A model generated the notes under the pieces. The model was not told the DNA's origin. It ran no database searches and saw nothing but the letters and a program-made list of their open reading frames with translations. Source: an uncultured Pelagibacteraceae bacterium (GTDB lineage: Bacteria > Pseudomonadota > Alphaproteobacteria > Pelagibacterales > Pelagibacteraceae). From it: a stretch of 64,000 nucleotides of DNA. Every line of letters starts with the position of its first letter. Positions within the stretch are counted from its first letter, which is position 1. Below are positions 36,948 through 45,898 of the stretch, piece by piece. The position numbers were made by a program, and so were the translations under genes. Location of the stretch: positions 2,555 to 66,554 of the forward strand of contig CACCPE010000005.1 of the NCBI GenBank assembly GCA_902547825.1, written 5' to 3'.

Positions 36948-36973
36948 TTACTAGGGGCGAAAGCCCCTAGTAA
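36948..36973 (+). terminator. Intercistronic GNRA hairpin after ugpB (mRNA stabiliser or partial terminator)
   Basis: TTACTAGGGGC-GAAA-GCCCCTAGTAA, 11-bp perfect stem. Confidence 0.7.
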
Positions 36974-36988
36974 CATTCTTAAGATCAA

Positions 36989-37871
36989 ATGGAAAAAAGA
37001 GTTTTTTTTAAAGGCTGGTGGTTACCAGCACTACTAGTTGCACCTCAACTATTGATTTCTTTTGTATTCTTTTTCTATCCTTCAGGACAAGCCATTTGGA
37101 ACTCTTTATTTTTACCAGATCCATTTGGATTAAAAACAGAATTTGTTGGTTTAGATAATTTTAGATTTTTATTATCCGACCCTTATTACTTAGCAAGCTT
37201 TAAAACGACAGTAATTTTTTCAACTGCAGTTTCGGTTTCATCAATGGCTTTAGGTTTATACTTAGCAGCTTTAGCAGATCGATTAATTAAAGGCGCAGGA
37301 GTTTATCAAACATTATTAATTTGGCCTTACGCTATTGCACCAGCGATTGCAGGTGTTCTATGGTTATTTATGTTCAATGGAAACATTGGGTTAGCTTCTT
37401 ATTATCTTAAAGCTTTAGGTTATGAGTGGAACCATACTTTAAAAGGTGATCAAGCGATGTTTTTAGTTATTTTAGCTTCATCCTGGGGAAGAATAAGTTA
37501 TAACTTTTTATTTTTTTTTAGCAGGACTACAAGCTATTCCAAAATCAATCATTGAAGCGGCAGCAATAGATGGAGCTAGTTTTTGGAAACGGTTTGGAAC
37601 GATTGTAATTCCTCTACTCTCGCCCATTACATTCTTTTTATTAGTAGTAAATATTGTCTATGCTTTCTTTGATACTTTCGGAGTAATACATACAATCACT
37701 TCAGGCGGACCTGAACAATCGACCACTATACTAGTGTATAAAGTATTCTCTGATGGGTTTGTGAGCCAAGATCTAGGATCAAGTGCAGCTCAATCCGTAA
37801 TCCTACTAGTTTTAGTCGGAATTTTAACCGTCATTCAATTTAAATATATAGAGAGAAAGGTTCATTACTAA
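36989..37871 (+). pseudogene. ugpA: ugpA permease interrupted by a +1 frameshift in a T9 run (real or sequencing error)
   Basis: Removing one T at 37511-37519 gives ...[27 protein letters not shown]... through to ...ERKVHY* (TAA 37869-37871), 293 aa with EAA loop. Confidence 0.85.
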
Positions 37872-38725
37872 TGGTTGAGAAAAAAAAATCCGGATACTGG
37901 TTAACTCACCTTGGTTTAATTCTTGGAGTATTATTCATATTCTTTCCAGTATGGCTTACTTTCGTTGCATCCACTGTAACACAAGATGCAATTATTTATC
38001 CTCCACTACCAATGTTACCAGGAACAGAGTTCTTTGAAAATTATGCTAATGCATTATTTAGAGGTTCACCAGAAGGATACGGAGCCAAAGTTCCTGTAAT
38101 AAAGATGATGATGAACTCTGCAATTATGGCAATCGGAATTACAGTTGGAAAAATAATCATTTCATTATTATCAGCTTTTGCGTTTGTTTATTTTAGATTT
38201 CCTTTCAGGAATTTATGTTTTTGGTTAATCTTTATTACCCTAATGCTTCCAGTAGAAGTAAGAATAGTGCCGACTTATGAGGTTGTTGCAAATTTAAATC
38301 TACTAAACTCTTACACAGGATTAATCTTCCCATTAATTGCCTCAGCTACGGCAACTTTTTTATTTAGGCAATTTTTTATGACCATACCTGATGAAATGGT
38401 TGAAGCGGCTAGAATGGACGGATGTAGTCCTATGCGTTTCTTTTTTGATATATTAGTTCCAATTAGTAAAACTAATATCGCAGCTTTATTTGTTATTTTA
38501 TTTATTTTTGGTTGGAACCAATATTTATGGCCACTATTAATGACGACCGATCCTGACATGAGAACTATTGTGATGGCTATTGACTCAATGATACCGACAG
38601 GCGATGATTATGCACACTGGCCAACGGTTATGGCAACAGCAATGTTAGCTATGGTACCACCAGTAATAGTAGTTATCAGTATGCAAAAGTTTTTTGTTAA
38701 AGGGTTATTAGAAAGCGATAAATAA
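37871..38725 (+). CDS. ugpE: G3P ABC transporter permease
   Basis: TLMLPVEVRI, SATATFLFRQFF, EAARMDG, WNQYLWPL. Confidence 0.93.
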   Translation: MVEKKKSGYWLTHLGLILGVLFIFFPVWLTFVASTVTQDAIIYPPLPMLPGTEFFENYANALFRGSPEGYGAKVPVIKMMMNSAIMAIGITVGKIIISLLSAFAFVYFRFPFRNLCFWLIFITLMLPVEVRIVPTYEVVANLNLLNSYTGLIFPLIASATATFLFRQFFMTIPDEMVEAARMDGCSPMRFFFDILVPISKTNIAALFVILFIFGWNQYLWPLLMTTDPDMRTIVMAIDSMIPTGDDYAHWPTVMATAMLAMVPPVIVVISMQKFFVKGLLESDK

Positions 38726-39780
38726 TGTCTCAAATTAGTTTACAAAATTTAAAGAAATCTTTTGGAAAAACTCAGGTTATACATGATCTAAGTATTGATG
38801 TTAAAGACGGTGAATTAATTGTAATAGTTGGACCATCAGGTTGTGGAAAATCAACTCTATTAAGAATGGTTGCAGGCTTAGAAGATGCTAATGAAGGAAA
38901 TATTTTAATTGATAATAAAAAAGTAAATGAGCTTGAACCTATGGAGCGAAATATTGCAATGGTATTTCAAAATTACGCTCTTTATCCTCATATGACTGTT
39001 TTTGGTAACATGGCTTATGGTTTAAAAATTGCAAAAGTGCCAAAAGAAGAAATTGAGTCCAGAGTTCAAAAAGCTGCTGAAATTTTAGAGCTTGGAGAAT
39101 TATTAGAGAGAAAACCTAATCAATTATCTGGTGGACAAAGACAAAGAGTTGCAATGGGAAGAGCCATTGTAAGAAATCCTGTAGCCTTTTTATTTGATGA
39201 ACCTTTGTCAAACCTAGATGCCAAATTAAGAGTTCAAATGAGATTAGAGATTAAAAAACTTCAAACTCAATTAAAAACTACATCTCTTTATGTAACGCAC
39301 GATCAAGTTGAAGCGATGACATTAGCTGATCGTATGATTGTAATGAACGAAGGTAATGTAGAACATATTGGAACGCCTTTAGAAGTGTATACAAAACCAA
39401 AAACTTTATTCACAGCTCAATTTATCGGAAGTCCAGCAATGAATATTTTAAAAGGTAATTGTGGAGGTAACAAATTGATTTTGGCAAACAAAGCTTCACT
39501 TTCAGTGAATTCAAAATTTAATGGACCTGTTAATATAGGTATGCGACCTGAAGATTTTGAATTAGATCAAAATGGTCCAATCAAGTTAAAAGTTGAACTT
39601 GTAGAGTTGATTGGAGCTAATACACTTATTCATGGTAAACTTGAAAACAGTAATGAGATTTTAGTTGCAAGTATCTCAGGTGTTGTTAAAGAAGATACTA
39701 TTGGAAAAAATATTAATCTTTCCATTCAAAATGACAAACTACACCTGTTTGATACTAATACTGATTTGAGGATTAATTGA
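38725..39780 (+). CDS. ugpC: G3P ABC transporter ATPase
   Basis: [36 protein letters not shown]. Confidence 0.93.
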   Translation: MSQISLQNLKKSFGKTQVIHDLSIDVKDGELIVIVGPSGCGKSTLLRMVAGLEDANEGNILIDNKKVNELEPMERNIAMVFQNYALYPHMTVFGNMAYGLKIAKVPKEEIESRVQKAAEILELGELLERKPNQLSGGQRQRVAMGRAIVRNPVAFLFDEPLSNLDAKLRVQMRLEIKKLQTQLKTTSLYVTHDQVEAMTLADRMIVMNEGNVEHIGTPLEVYTKPKTLFTAQFIGSPAMNILKGNCGGNKLILANKASLSVNSKFNGPVNIGMRPEDFELDQNGPIKLKVELVELIGANTLIHGKLENSNEILVASISGVVKEDTIGKNINLSIQNDKLHLFDTNTDLRIN

Positions 39781-40709
39781 TCAATCCATTTTTAACGAAA
39801 CCTAATTACATAAGAATATACGGCCACAGGGGAGCTAGAGGTAATATTGTTGAAAACTCAATCTCCGGTTTTAAATATACTTTTGATCTTGGTATCAAAG
39901 CTGTTGAGTTCGATGTTGTAATTTCAAAAGATAATATTCCAACAATATTTCATGATTACAGATTAAATCCTGATTTAGTTAAAGATGCCTCAGGGAACTG
40001 GATCACAGATAAAAGCATGAAATTAGTAGAACTGAATTATGATGAAATAAGTAAGTATAGTATTGGAAGTATAAAGCCCGAAACAAAGTACGCAAAAAGA
40101 TTTAAAAATCAAAAACCTATTACAGGTGAAAAAATACCAAAATTAACTGATTTCTTTAAATTAGTGACGGAAGATAAATATAAAGATGTATTTTTAAATT
40201 TAGAAATTAAATCAACTCCAACACAAGAAAACGTAACACCAGATCCAGAGAAAATGGTTTCTTTGATTCTTAAAGATATTAAAGACTTTAATCTTGAGGA
40301 TAGAACTTTAATCACTTCTTATGATTTTAGAATTTTGTATGCTCTTAAAAAACAAAACCCAAATATCCTAAGAGGATTTATTACTCTACAACAAGGACTT
40401 TCAATAACTAAAAAGAATATTTACGAGAACTCTCCATGGATGGTTAAAAATTATCCTATGGAAGAATTATTTTTGCTACCAAATATTATTAAATCGCTAG
40501 AGGGACATGTATGGAGTGTTTTTTACCGTGATGTGACTAAACAAAATGTAGAATTAGCACACAAACATGGTTTAGCTACTTGTGTTTGGACAGTGAATAG
40601 AGAAAAAGATATTATTAGAATGATCGAGTACGGAGTTGATGGAATTATCACTGACTATCCAAAAAAAGTTCAAGAAATTTGTAAATCCAAAAATATCTCT
40701 TGGTTTTAA
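39777..40709 (+). CDS. ugpQ: Glycerophosphodiester phosphodiesterase
   Basis: GHRGA, ENS, EFD, HD, NLEIKS, WTVN, GVDGIITDYP. Confidence 0.9.
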   Translation: MINPFLTKPNYIRIYGHRGARGNIVENSISGFKYTFDLGIKAVEFDVVISKDNIPTIFHDYRLNPDLVKDASGNWITDKSMKLVELNYDEISKYSIGSIKPETKYAKRFKNQKPITGEKIPKLTDFFKLVTEDKYKDVFLNLEIKSTPTQENVTPDPEKMVSLILKDIKDFNLEDRTLITSYDFRILYALKKQNPNILRGFITLQQGLSITKKNIYENSPWMVKNYPMEELFLLPNIIKSLEGHVWSVFYRDVTKQNVELAHKHGLATCVWTVNREKDIIRMIEYGVDGIITDYPKKVQEICKSKNISWF

Positions 40710-40750
40710 GCTTGAAAACTTGAAAATATATTTATCGTCGTGCAAATAAA

Positions 40751-40773
40751 CCCCTGATTTTTTAAATCAGGGG
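40751..40773. terminator. Bidirectional terminator between ugpQ and the polybasic ORF
   Basis: CCCCTGATTT-ttt-AAATCAGGGG, 10-bp stem with A/T-rich flanks. Confidence 0.75.
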
Positions 40774-40792
40774 CATTTAATTTATTTATAAA

Positions 40793-40990
40793 CTAATTAT
40801 TTAAAGATGCTGTGATAGGTTCTTTATTTTTATTAGCTCTTTTTTCAGCGATTTTTTTCTCGATACTAGCTATCTTTAGATCAATCTTTGATAGTTTTTT
40901 TTGTTTAGTGCTTATCTTATTTTTAAGCTTATCGATTGATTTTAGTATTTTTTTCTTTTTCTTTTCGTTTTTTTTTAACTTTTTTTTCAT
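40793..40990 (-). CDS. 65-aa polybasic coiled-coil microprotein
   Basis: GGAGGA SD upstream of ATG, downstream terminator, Ile/Leu heptads, 24 Lys. Confidence 0.7.
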   Translation of the reverse strand: MKKKLKKNEKKKKKILKSIDKLKNKISTKQKKLSKIDLKIASIEKKIAEKRANKNKEPITASLNN

Positions 40991-41092
40991 ATTGTTCCTC
41001 CAAAAAAGAAAAATCTAAAATAATCTAAAAAATTTTTCAAATGAAATTAAGAAAAATCTTTTAAACTAAAAGTTGAAAAAATTTAGAAAATC

Positions 41093-41989
41093 CTACGGAA
41101 CTAATAAATTTATAAATCTGTCTGTTTTTTGGATCTCAAGACTGTTTACGTAACCACAATTTTCACCATCAACCTGTGATAGAACTTTATTGTTTACACC
41201 ATTTATTTTTAATCTGTTCAATTCTTTTTTAATTACACTTTTTGCAGGAGTTAAGTCGCCTTTGGTTAAAATTAACCAAACATAATAAAGTAATTTTATT
41301 CTGGTCAGGTCTTTAAATATGTAAGCTACTATCCTGTTTTCAAATATATTGGTATCATTTGTTATAGAATGGGGACCAGCATAGTATTTTGAATTAGTAC
41401 ATAAAATCCAATCAGCCATAATTTTTTCATTATCTACCTCAACCTCCATTTTATTATTTTTTAAAAATAAAAAATGCTGAAAACCTTTTAAAGCGAAAAT
41501 TACTTTTCCAAGATACTTTTTAATATTAGTATTTATGGACTCAACAATTCGAGAGTCAAAACCTACACCAGCCATCAAGAAAAAGTACTTATCATTTATT
41601 TTTGCTAATGAAATTTTCTTATGATTATCTGATACTAGGACGTTGTAAATCTCCTCCGCCTTTTTCTTAATTTGAGTTTCTATTTGTAAAATATTTGCAG
41701 TGCCAGCAGGTATGTATCCAACTAATTTGTCTTTTAGATTATCACTTTTAAACATTTCATTAATACCAAAACATACACTCCCGTCACCGCCAGCAAATAC
41801 TAACCGATCAAATTTTTTATTAGACAATTCTTTAAATACATTCCTTGCATGATCTTCGCTTTCAGTTTTAAAAAGATCTACAATATGATTTTTTTCTAAA
41901 AGATTAATGACCTTGTTAATTAATTTAAGTTTTCTACCACCTGCTGCATTTGCGTTAAATATCACCGCAAAATTCAATTTTTTATTCAT
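41093..41989 (-). CDS. Soluble diacylglycerol/lipid kinase (DgkB/YegS family)
   Basis: FNANAAGG, AGGDGS, PAGTAN, GVGFD, QVDGE. Confidence 0.88.
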   Translation of the reverse strand: MNKKLNFAVIFNANAAGGRKLKLINKVINLLEKNHIVDLFKTESEDHARNVFKELSNKKFDRLVFAGGDGSVCFGINEMFKSDNLKDKLVGYIPAGTANILQIETQIKKKAEEIYNVLVSDNHKKISLAKINDKYFFLMAGVGFDSRIVESINTNIKKYLGKVIFALKGFQHFLFLKNNKMEVEVDNEKIMADWILCTNSKYYAGPHSITNDTNIFENRIVAYIFKDLTRIKLLYYVWLILTKGDLTPAKSVIKKELNRLKINGVNNKVLSQVDGENCGYVNSLEIQKTDRFINLLVP

Positions 41990-41990
41990 A

Positions 41991-42019
41991 TTTTAACAAT
42001 TCTGTAACATATTTATGAT
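41991..42019 (+). promoter_or_regulatory. Pho box (11-bp periodic repeats) between DAG kinase and plcP
   Basis: TTTTAAC-AATT-CTGTAAC-ATAT-TTATGAT; resembles the CTGTCAT-N4 PhoB consensus and the pstS box in this window. Confidence 0.7.
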
Positions 42020-42053
42020 TCTACTTTTACTAGAGATTCGTTTTATAAAAAAT

Positions 42054-42869
42054 ATGGAAACAATTCAAACTAAATCTAAGGGAAAGATTTTAAATTACAA
42101 AAGCATCTTTATTTCCGACTTGCACCTTGGGCATAGAAAAAGTGCAGCAAACAAATTATTAGAATTTTACAAACATTCAAGGTCAGAGAATTTATATCTT
42201 GTTGGTGATATCATTGATGTTTGGGCTTTAAAAACAAAATTTTACTGGCCTCAAGAACATAATGATGTGATTCAAAAAACATTAAGAAAAGCAAGACATG
42301 GAACAAAAGTAAAATATATTGTGGGAAATCATGATGATGTCTTCAGAAAATTTTTACCATTACATTTTGGCGATATTGAAGTGGTAAATAGAGCCATACA
42401 TGTAAGTTCAGATAATAAAAAGTATATTGTTGTTCATGGTGATGCTTGGGATGGAGTGATGAAATATGCTCCATGGTTATCAAAAGTAGGAGCTATCGCT
42501 TATAGTTTTTTACTTGAGTTTAATGTTGTTATCAATTTTTTTAGAAGATTATTTAAAAAGGGTAATTGGTCTTTAGCAAAATATTTAAAACACAAAGTAA
42601 AGAACGCTGTAAAATATATAGGCGATTATGAAAAAACTTTAGCAACTTATGCTAAAAGAAAAAATGTTGATGGCATAATTTGCGGCCATATTCATCATTC
42701 TGCCGATCAAGTCTTAGATGGTGTGAGATATTTAAATTGTGGTGATTGGGTAGAAGGTGCAACTTTCTTGGTAGAACATTTTGATGGTCGCATGGAAGTT
42801 ATTGACTGGGATAAAATCAGAGGTGACGTTGTTGATTACGAGCCGTATTTAAAAGTAGTAAATAAATAA
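42054..42869 (+). CDS. plcP: PlcP phospholipase C (LpxH-like metallophosphoesterase) for P-starvation lipid remodelling (start probably ATG 42054)
   Basis: SDLHLG, GDIID, GNHD, HGD, GHIH, NCGDWVE; Pho box upstream, glycosyltransferase directly downstream. Confidence 0.85.
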   Translation: METIQTKSKGKILNYKSIFISDLHLGHRKSAANKLLEFYKHSRSENLYLVGDIIDVWALKTKFYWPQEHNDVIQKTLRKARHGTKVKYIVGNHDDVFRKFLPLHFGDIEVVNRAIHVSSDNKKYIVVHGDAWDGVMKYAPWLSKVGAIAYSFLLEFNVVINFFRRLFKKGNWSLAKYLKHKVKNAVKYIGDYEKTLATYAKRKNVDGIICGHIHHSADQVLDGVRYLNCGDWVEGATFLVEHFDGRMEVIDWDKIRGDVVDYEPYLKVVNK

Positions 42870-43877
42870 ATGAAAATTTTAATCGTTACTGATGCCTGGT
42901 ATCCGCAAGTGAACGGTGTTTGTAGAACTTTAAAAAATCTTGGCGATGAATTAAAAAAAATTGGACATCAGGTTGAATATATTGAACCTAATCAATTTTT
43001 TACTGTGCCAATGCCAAAATATAATGAAATAAAACTTTCTCTTAATGTTTGGCCTAGAGTAGGTAGATTAATTTCTAAAGCCGATGCTGATATAATTCAC
43101 ATAGCTACAGAAGGCCCGATAGGAATATTTGCAAAAAGATATTGTGTAAAAAATAAGCTTAAGTTTACTACGTCTTACCATACTCAATTTGATAAATATT
43201 TGAAGCTATACTATCCTTATTTGCCAATTAAGCTTGCTCAAAAGTTCCTTAAAGGATTTCACTCAAAGGCTGAAAAAATTTTAGTAACAACTCAGTCAAT
43301 GAAAGATGAACTTCAAGATATTGGTTTTGATAAGGATAAGATGGTTGTTTGGACTAGAGGGGCAAACCACGGGGCATTTCAAAAGCCTAAAAAGATTAAT
43401 TTAGAGTATAAAAGACCAATTTATCTTTATGTGGGAAGGGTATCTATTGAGAAGAATATAAGAGCATTTCTGGATTTAGAGTTAGAAGGCACGAAACTAG
43501 TTGTTGGTAAAGGACCTGATTTAGATAAACTTAAAAAAGAATACCCTGAAGCGATATTTAAAGGAGAGAGAACAAATGGTGAGCTTGCAAGTTACTTTGC
43601 TTCTTCTGATGTTTTTGTTTTCCCGAGCAAAACAGATACTTTTGGAATTGTAATTATAGAAGCTTTAAAATGTGGATTGCCAGTAGCTGCTTACCCTGTT
43701 GCTGGACCAAAAGATATTTTTAACGGAACAAACATTGGCTCGTTAAACAACGATCTTAAAAAAGCAGCACTTGAAGCTCTTAAGTCAGATAGAAGCGCTT
43801 GCATTGAGCATGCAAAAAAATATACCTGGGAAAATTGCGCAAAAATCTTTTTAAATAGTGCGGTATCAAACCGCTAA
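42870..43877 (+). CDS. agt: GT4 glycosyltransferase, Agt-type (glucosyl/glucuronosyl-DAG synthase)
   Basis: VTDAWYPQVNGV, ATEGPIG, SYHT, VGRVSIEKN, FPSKTDTFG; adjacent to plcP. Confidence 0.82.
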   Translation: MKILIVTDAWYPQVNGVCRTLKNLGDELKKIGHQVEYIEPNQFFTVPMPKYNEIKLSLNVWPRVGRLISKADADIIHIATEGPIGIFAKRYCVKNKLKFTTSYHTQFDKYLKLYYPYLPIKLAQKFLKGFHSKAEKILVTTQSMKDELQDIGFDKDKMVVWTRGANHGAFQKPKKINLEYKRPIYLYVGRVSIEKNIRAFLDLELEGTKLVVGKGPDLDKLKKEYPEAIFKGERTNGELASYFASSDVFVFPSKTDTFGIVIIEALKCGLPVAAYPVAGPKDIFNGTNIGSLNNDLKKAALEALKSDRSACIEHAKKYTWENCAKIFLNSAVSNR

Positions 43878-43919
43878 AAAATATTTCTTTAGTCTATATC
43901 TTTAAAGTATAATCAAATC

Positions 43920-45116
43920 ATGGAATTATTATTTTATTCTCTTGCTGGGATAATTGTGATCGTAGTAATTGCAGTATCCAGAAAATCCATTGTAGCAGGC
44001 ATGGAGGCAAGATCCGATGTTAAGAGAGAGAACAAACCAAGTAATAATGAAGAGGGGATAGAAGACATCACCAATGAAAATATTGAAAAAACTAATGAGC
44101 AAGTAAAGATTATTAATCAAATCGATGATCTAATTTTAATTGTAGATAAATTTAAAAATATCAAATTTTTTAATAATAGTGCAAAAAAAAAATTTGGAGA
44201 AAATAATTTAAATAAGCACGTGGCTACTTTATTGAGAGTTCCTGATTTACTCCAAAATATTGATTTAGTACTTTTAAAAAAAGAGACAATTACTATGGAT
44301 TTAGAATTATCCTCTCCCTCATTTCAGTTCTTTAAAGTTCATCTATTCTCTGGACCGACCTCATATGTCGATGATCCTGACTCAGTTGTTTTATTTCTAA
44401 AAGATTTAACTGATATTATAAAAGCGCAAAGGTTTAAATCTGATTTTGTAGCTAATGTCAGCCATGAACTTAAAACGCCTTTAGTTTCTATTAAAGGATT
44501 TTTAGAAACTATAAGCGGACATGCGAAAGATGATTTAGAAGCACAAAAAAAATTCATACCGATAATGCTTGAGCAAGCTGATAGGATGGAAAGCTTAATT
44601 AAAGATTTACTTTCATTAAGTAGAATTGAGTTAGAGGAACATATACAGCCTCAAGATAAAGTAAATTTAAAAGAAGTTTTAAGTAACGTTGAAGATATCC
44701 ATCAAAAAAATTTAAAATCTTTTGAATTTAAAAATAATATAAAAGATGATTTCTTTATTAAAGGCGATCATGAAAAATTAATTGAAGTTTTTTCAAATAT
44801 TATTGATAACAGTATAAAATATTCAGAAAAAAATAAAAAGATCGAGGTTAATTGTGGACAAGGTAACGGAAAAGTAATAGGAGACTCTTATACCGTGTCC
44901 ATTAAAGATAATGGTATTGGAATTCCAACTGAACAACTTCCGAGAATTACTGAAAGATTTTTTAGAGTTGATGCAGCTAAAAGTAAAAAAGTTGGTGGCA
45001 CTGGACTTGGAATGGCGATCGTGAAGCACATTGTTAATCAGCATAGAGGTGAGTTAGAAATAAAAAGTGAGGCTCAAAGTGGCACTGAAATAAAGGTTCA
45101 CTTTTCTAAATTTTAG
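43920..45116 (+). CDS. phoR: Phosphate regulon sensor kinase
   Basis: DFVANVSHELKTP H-box, PAS-like region, ERFFRVD, GGTGLG; next to pst/phoB. Confidence 0.9.
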   Translation: MELLFYSLAGIIVIVVIAVSRKSIVAGMEARSDVKRENKPSNNEEGIEDITNENIEKTNEQVKIINQIDDLILIVDKFKNIKFFNNSAKKKFGENNLNKHVATLLRVPDLLQNIDLVLLKKETITMDLELSSPSFQFFKVHLFSGPTSYVDDPDSVVLFLKDLTDIIKAQRFKSDFVANVSHELKTPLVSIKGFLETISGHAKDDLEAQKKFIPIMLEQADRMESLIKDLLSLSRIELEEHIQPQDKVNLKEVLSNVEDIHQKNLKSFEFKNNIKDDFFIKGDHEKLIEVFSNIIDNSIKYSEKNKKIEVNCGQGNGKVIGDSYTVSIKDNGIGIPTEQLPRITERFFRVDAAKSKKVGGTGLGMAIVKHIVNQHRGELEIKSEAQSGTEIKVHFSKF

Positions 45117-45179
45117 CAAATATCACAAATTTATTAAATTATGTCTTGAGATAGACAGTAAAATAGTTAAAATTCTAGT

Positions 45180-45791
45180 ATGACTAGAATAACAAATTAT
45201 ATAATTCTGGTTTTATTAACTTTAACTTTTACAACTGTTAAGGCAGATGTAAACTTAATTGAGAAAACTTTACGTTCTCAACCTCTCACAGTTTTTGATC
45301 TTGGACTTTTAAGACTTAAAAACGATCTTAGGCAAGCTAAAAACGATTTAGTTCTTGAAGTAGATAATAAAAATGTATCTACAATTTATACTGAAGCTTT
45401 ATTTTCTAGAAGAGACGATGGAATTCAATTAATTGTGTCAGCACCGATGAGCACTCATTTAAATGCTAACTCGTACATGGTGGACTCAATTAAATGTAGA
45501 AAAATTTTTGAAAAAGTTAAAAATAATCTTTTAAAAGGACAAAACGAGAGCAATATGATTCACTCAAAAGCTGCATCTTATTTAAGTGAAGTATTCACCG
45601 CTCCAACACAATGGAATGCTTGGAGATATGATAAAGGTTTTACTCAAAAATTAGTTAACTTTGTACAACTAGAAGTTACATTAAAGCCTACTCAATCCTA
45701 CGCAGTTAAAAATAAAGTAAGACCTTTTAGTTGCGGAGGGTCTTTAGCCTCTGATTATCAACAAATCGAGATAACTAGAAAGTTCAACTAA
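45180..45791 (+). CDS. Hypothetical exported protein
   Basis: Sec-type signal ending VKA; two Cys; no family recognised. Confidence 0.75.
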   Translation: MTRITNYIILVLLTLTFTTVKADVNLIEKTLRSQPLTVFDLGLLRLKNDLRQAKNDLVLEVDNKNVSTIYTEALFSRRDDGIQLIVSAPMSTHLNANSYMVDSIKCRKIFEKVKNNLLKGQNESNMIHSKAASYLSEVFTAPTQWNAWRYDKGFTQKLVNFVQLEVTLKPTQSYAVKNKVRPFSCGGSLASDYQQIEITRKFN

Positions 45792-45801
45792 AAAGTTATC
45801 A

Positions 45802-45830
45802 TTTTAATAAATTTGTAACATATCTGTAAT
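45802..45830 (+). promoter_or_regulatory. Pho box upstream of pstS
   Basis: TTTTAAT-AAAT-TTGTAAC-ATAT-CTGTAAT, three 11-bp periodic units. Confidence 0.8.
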
Positions 45831-45898
45831 AATTAAGAGTCCTCTTAATTCTATGAGTCCAATGTTTGTTAATTAATTAATAAATGAAAGGATAAACA

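Noticed and set aside
42054-42869. Annotation as lipid A enzyme LpxH
   Set aside because: Same fold, but the Pho box and the adjacent agt-type glycosyltransferase fit PlcP better
45116-45150. Possible Pho box upstream of the 203-aa exported protein
   Set aside because: Only one weak half-site (TATCAC); not distinguishable from AT-rich background without a PWM
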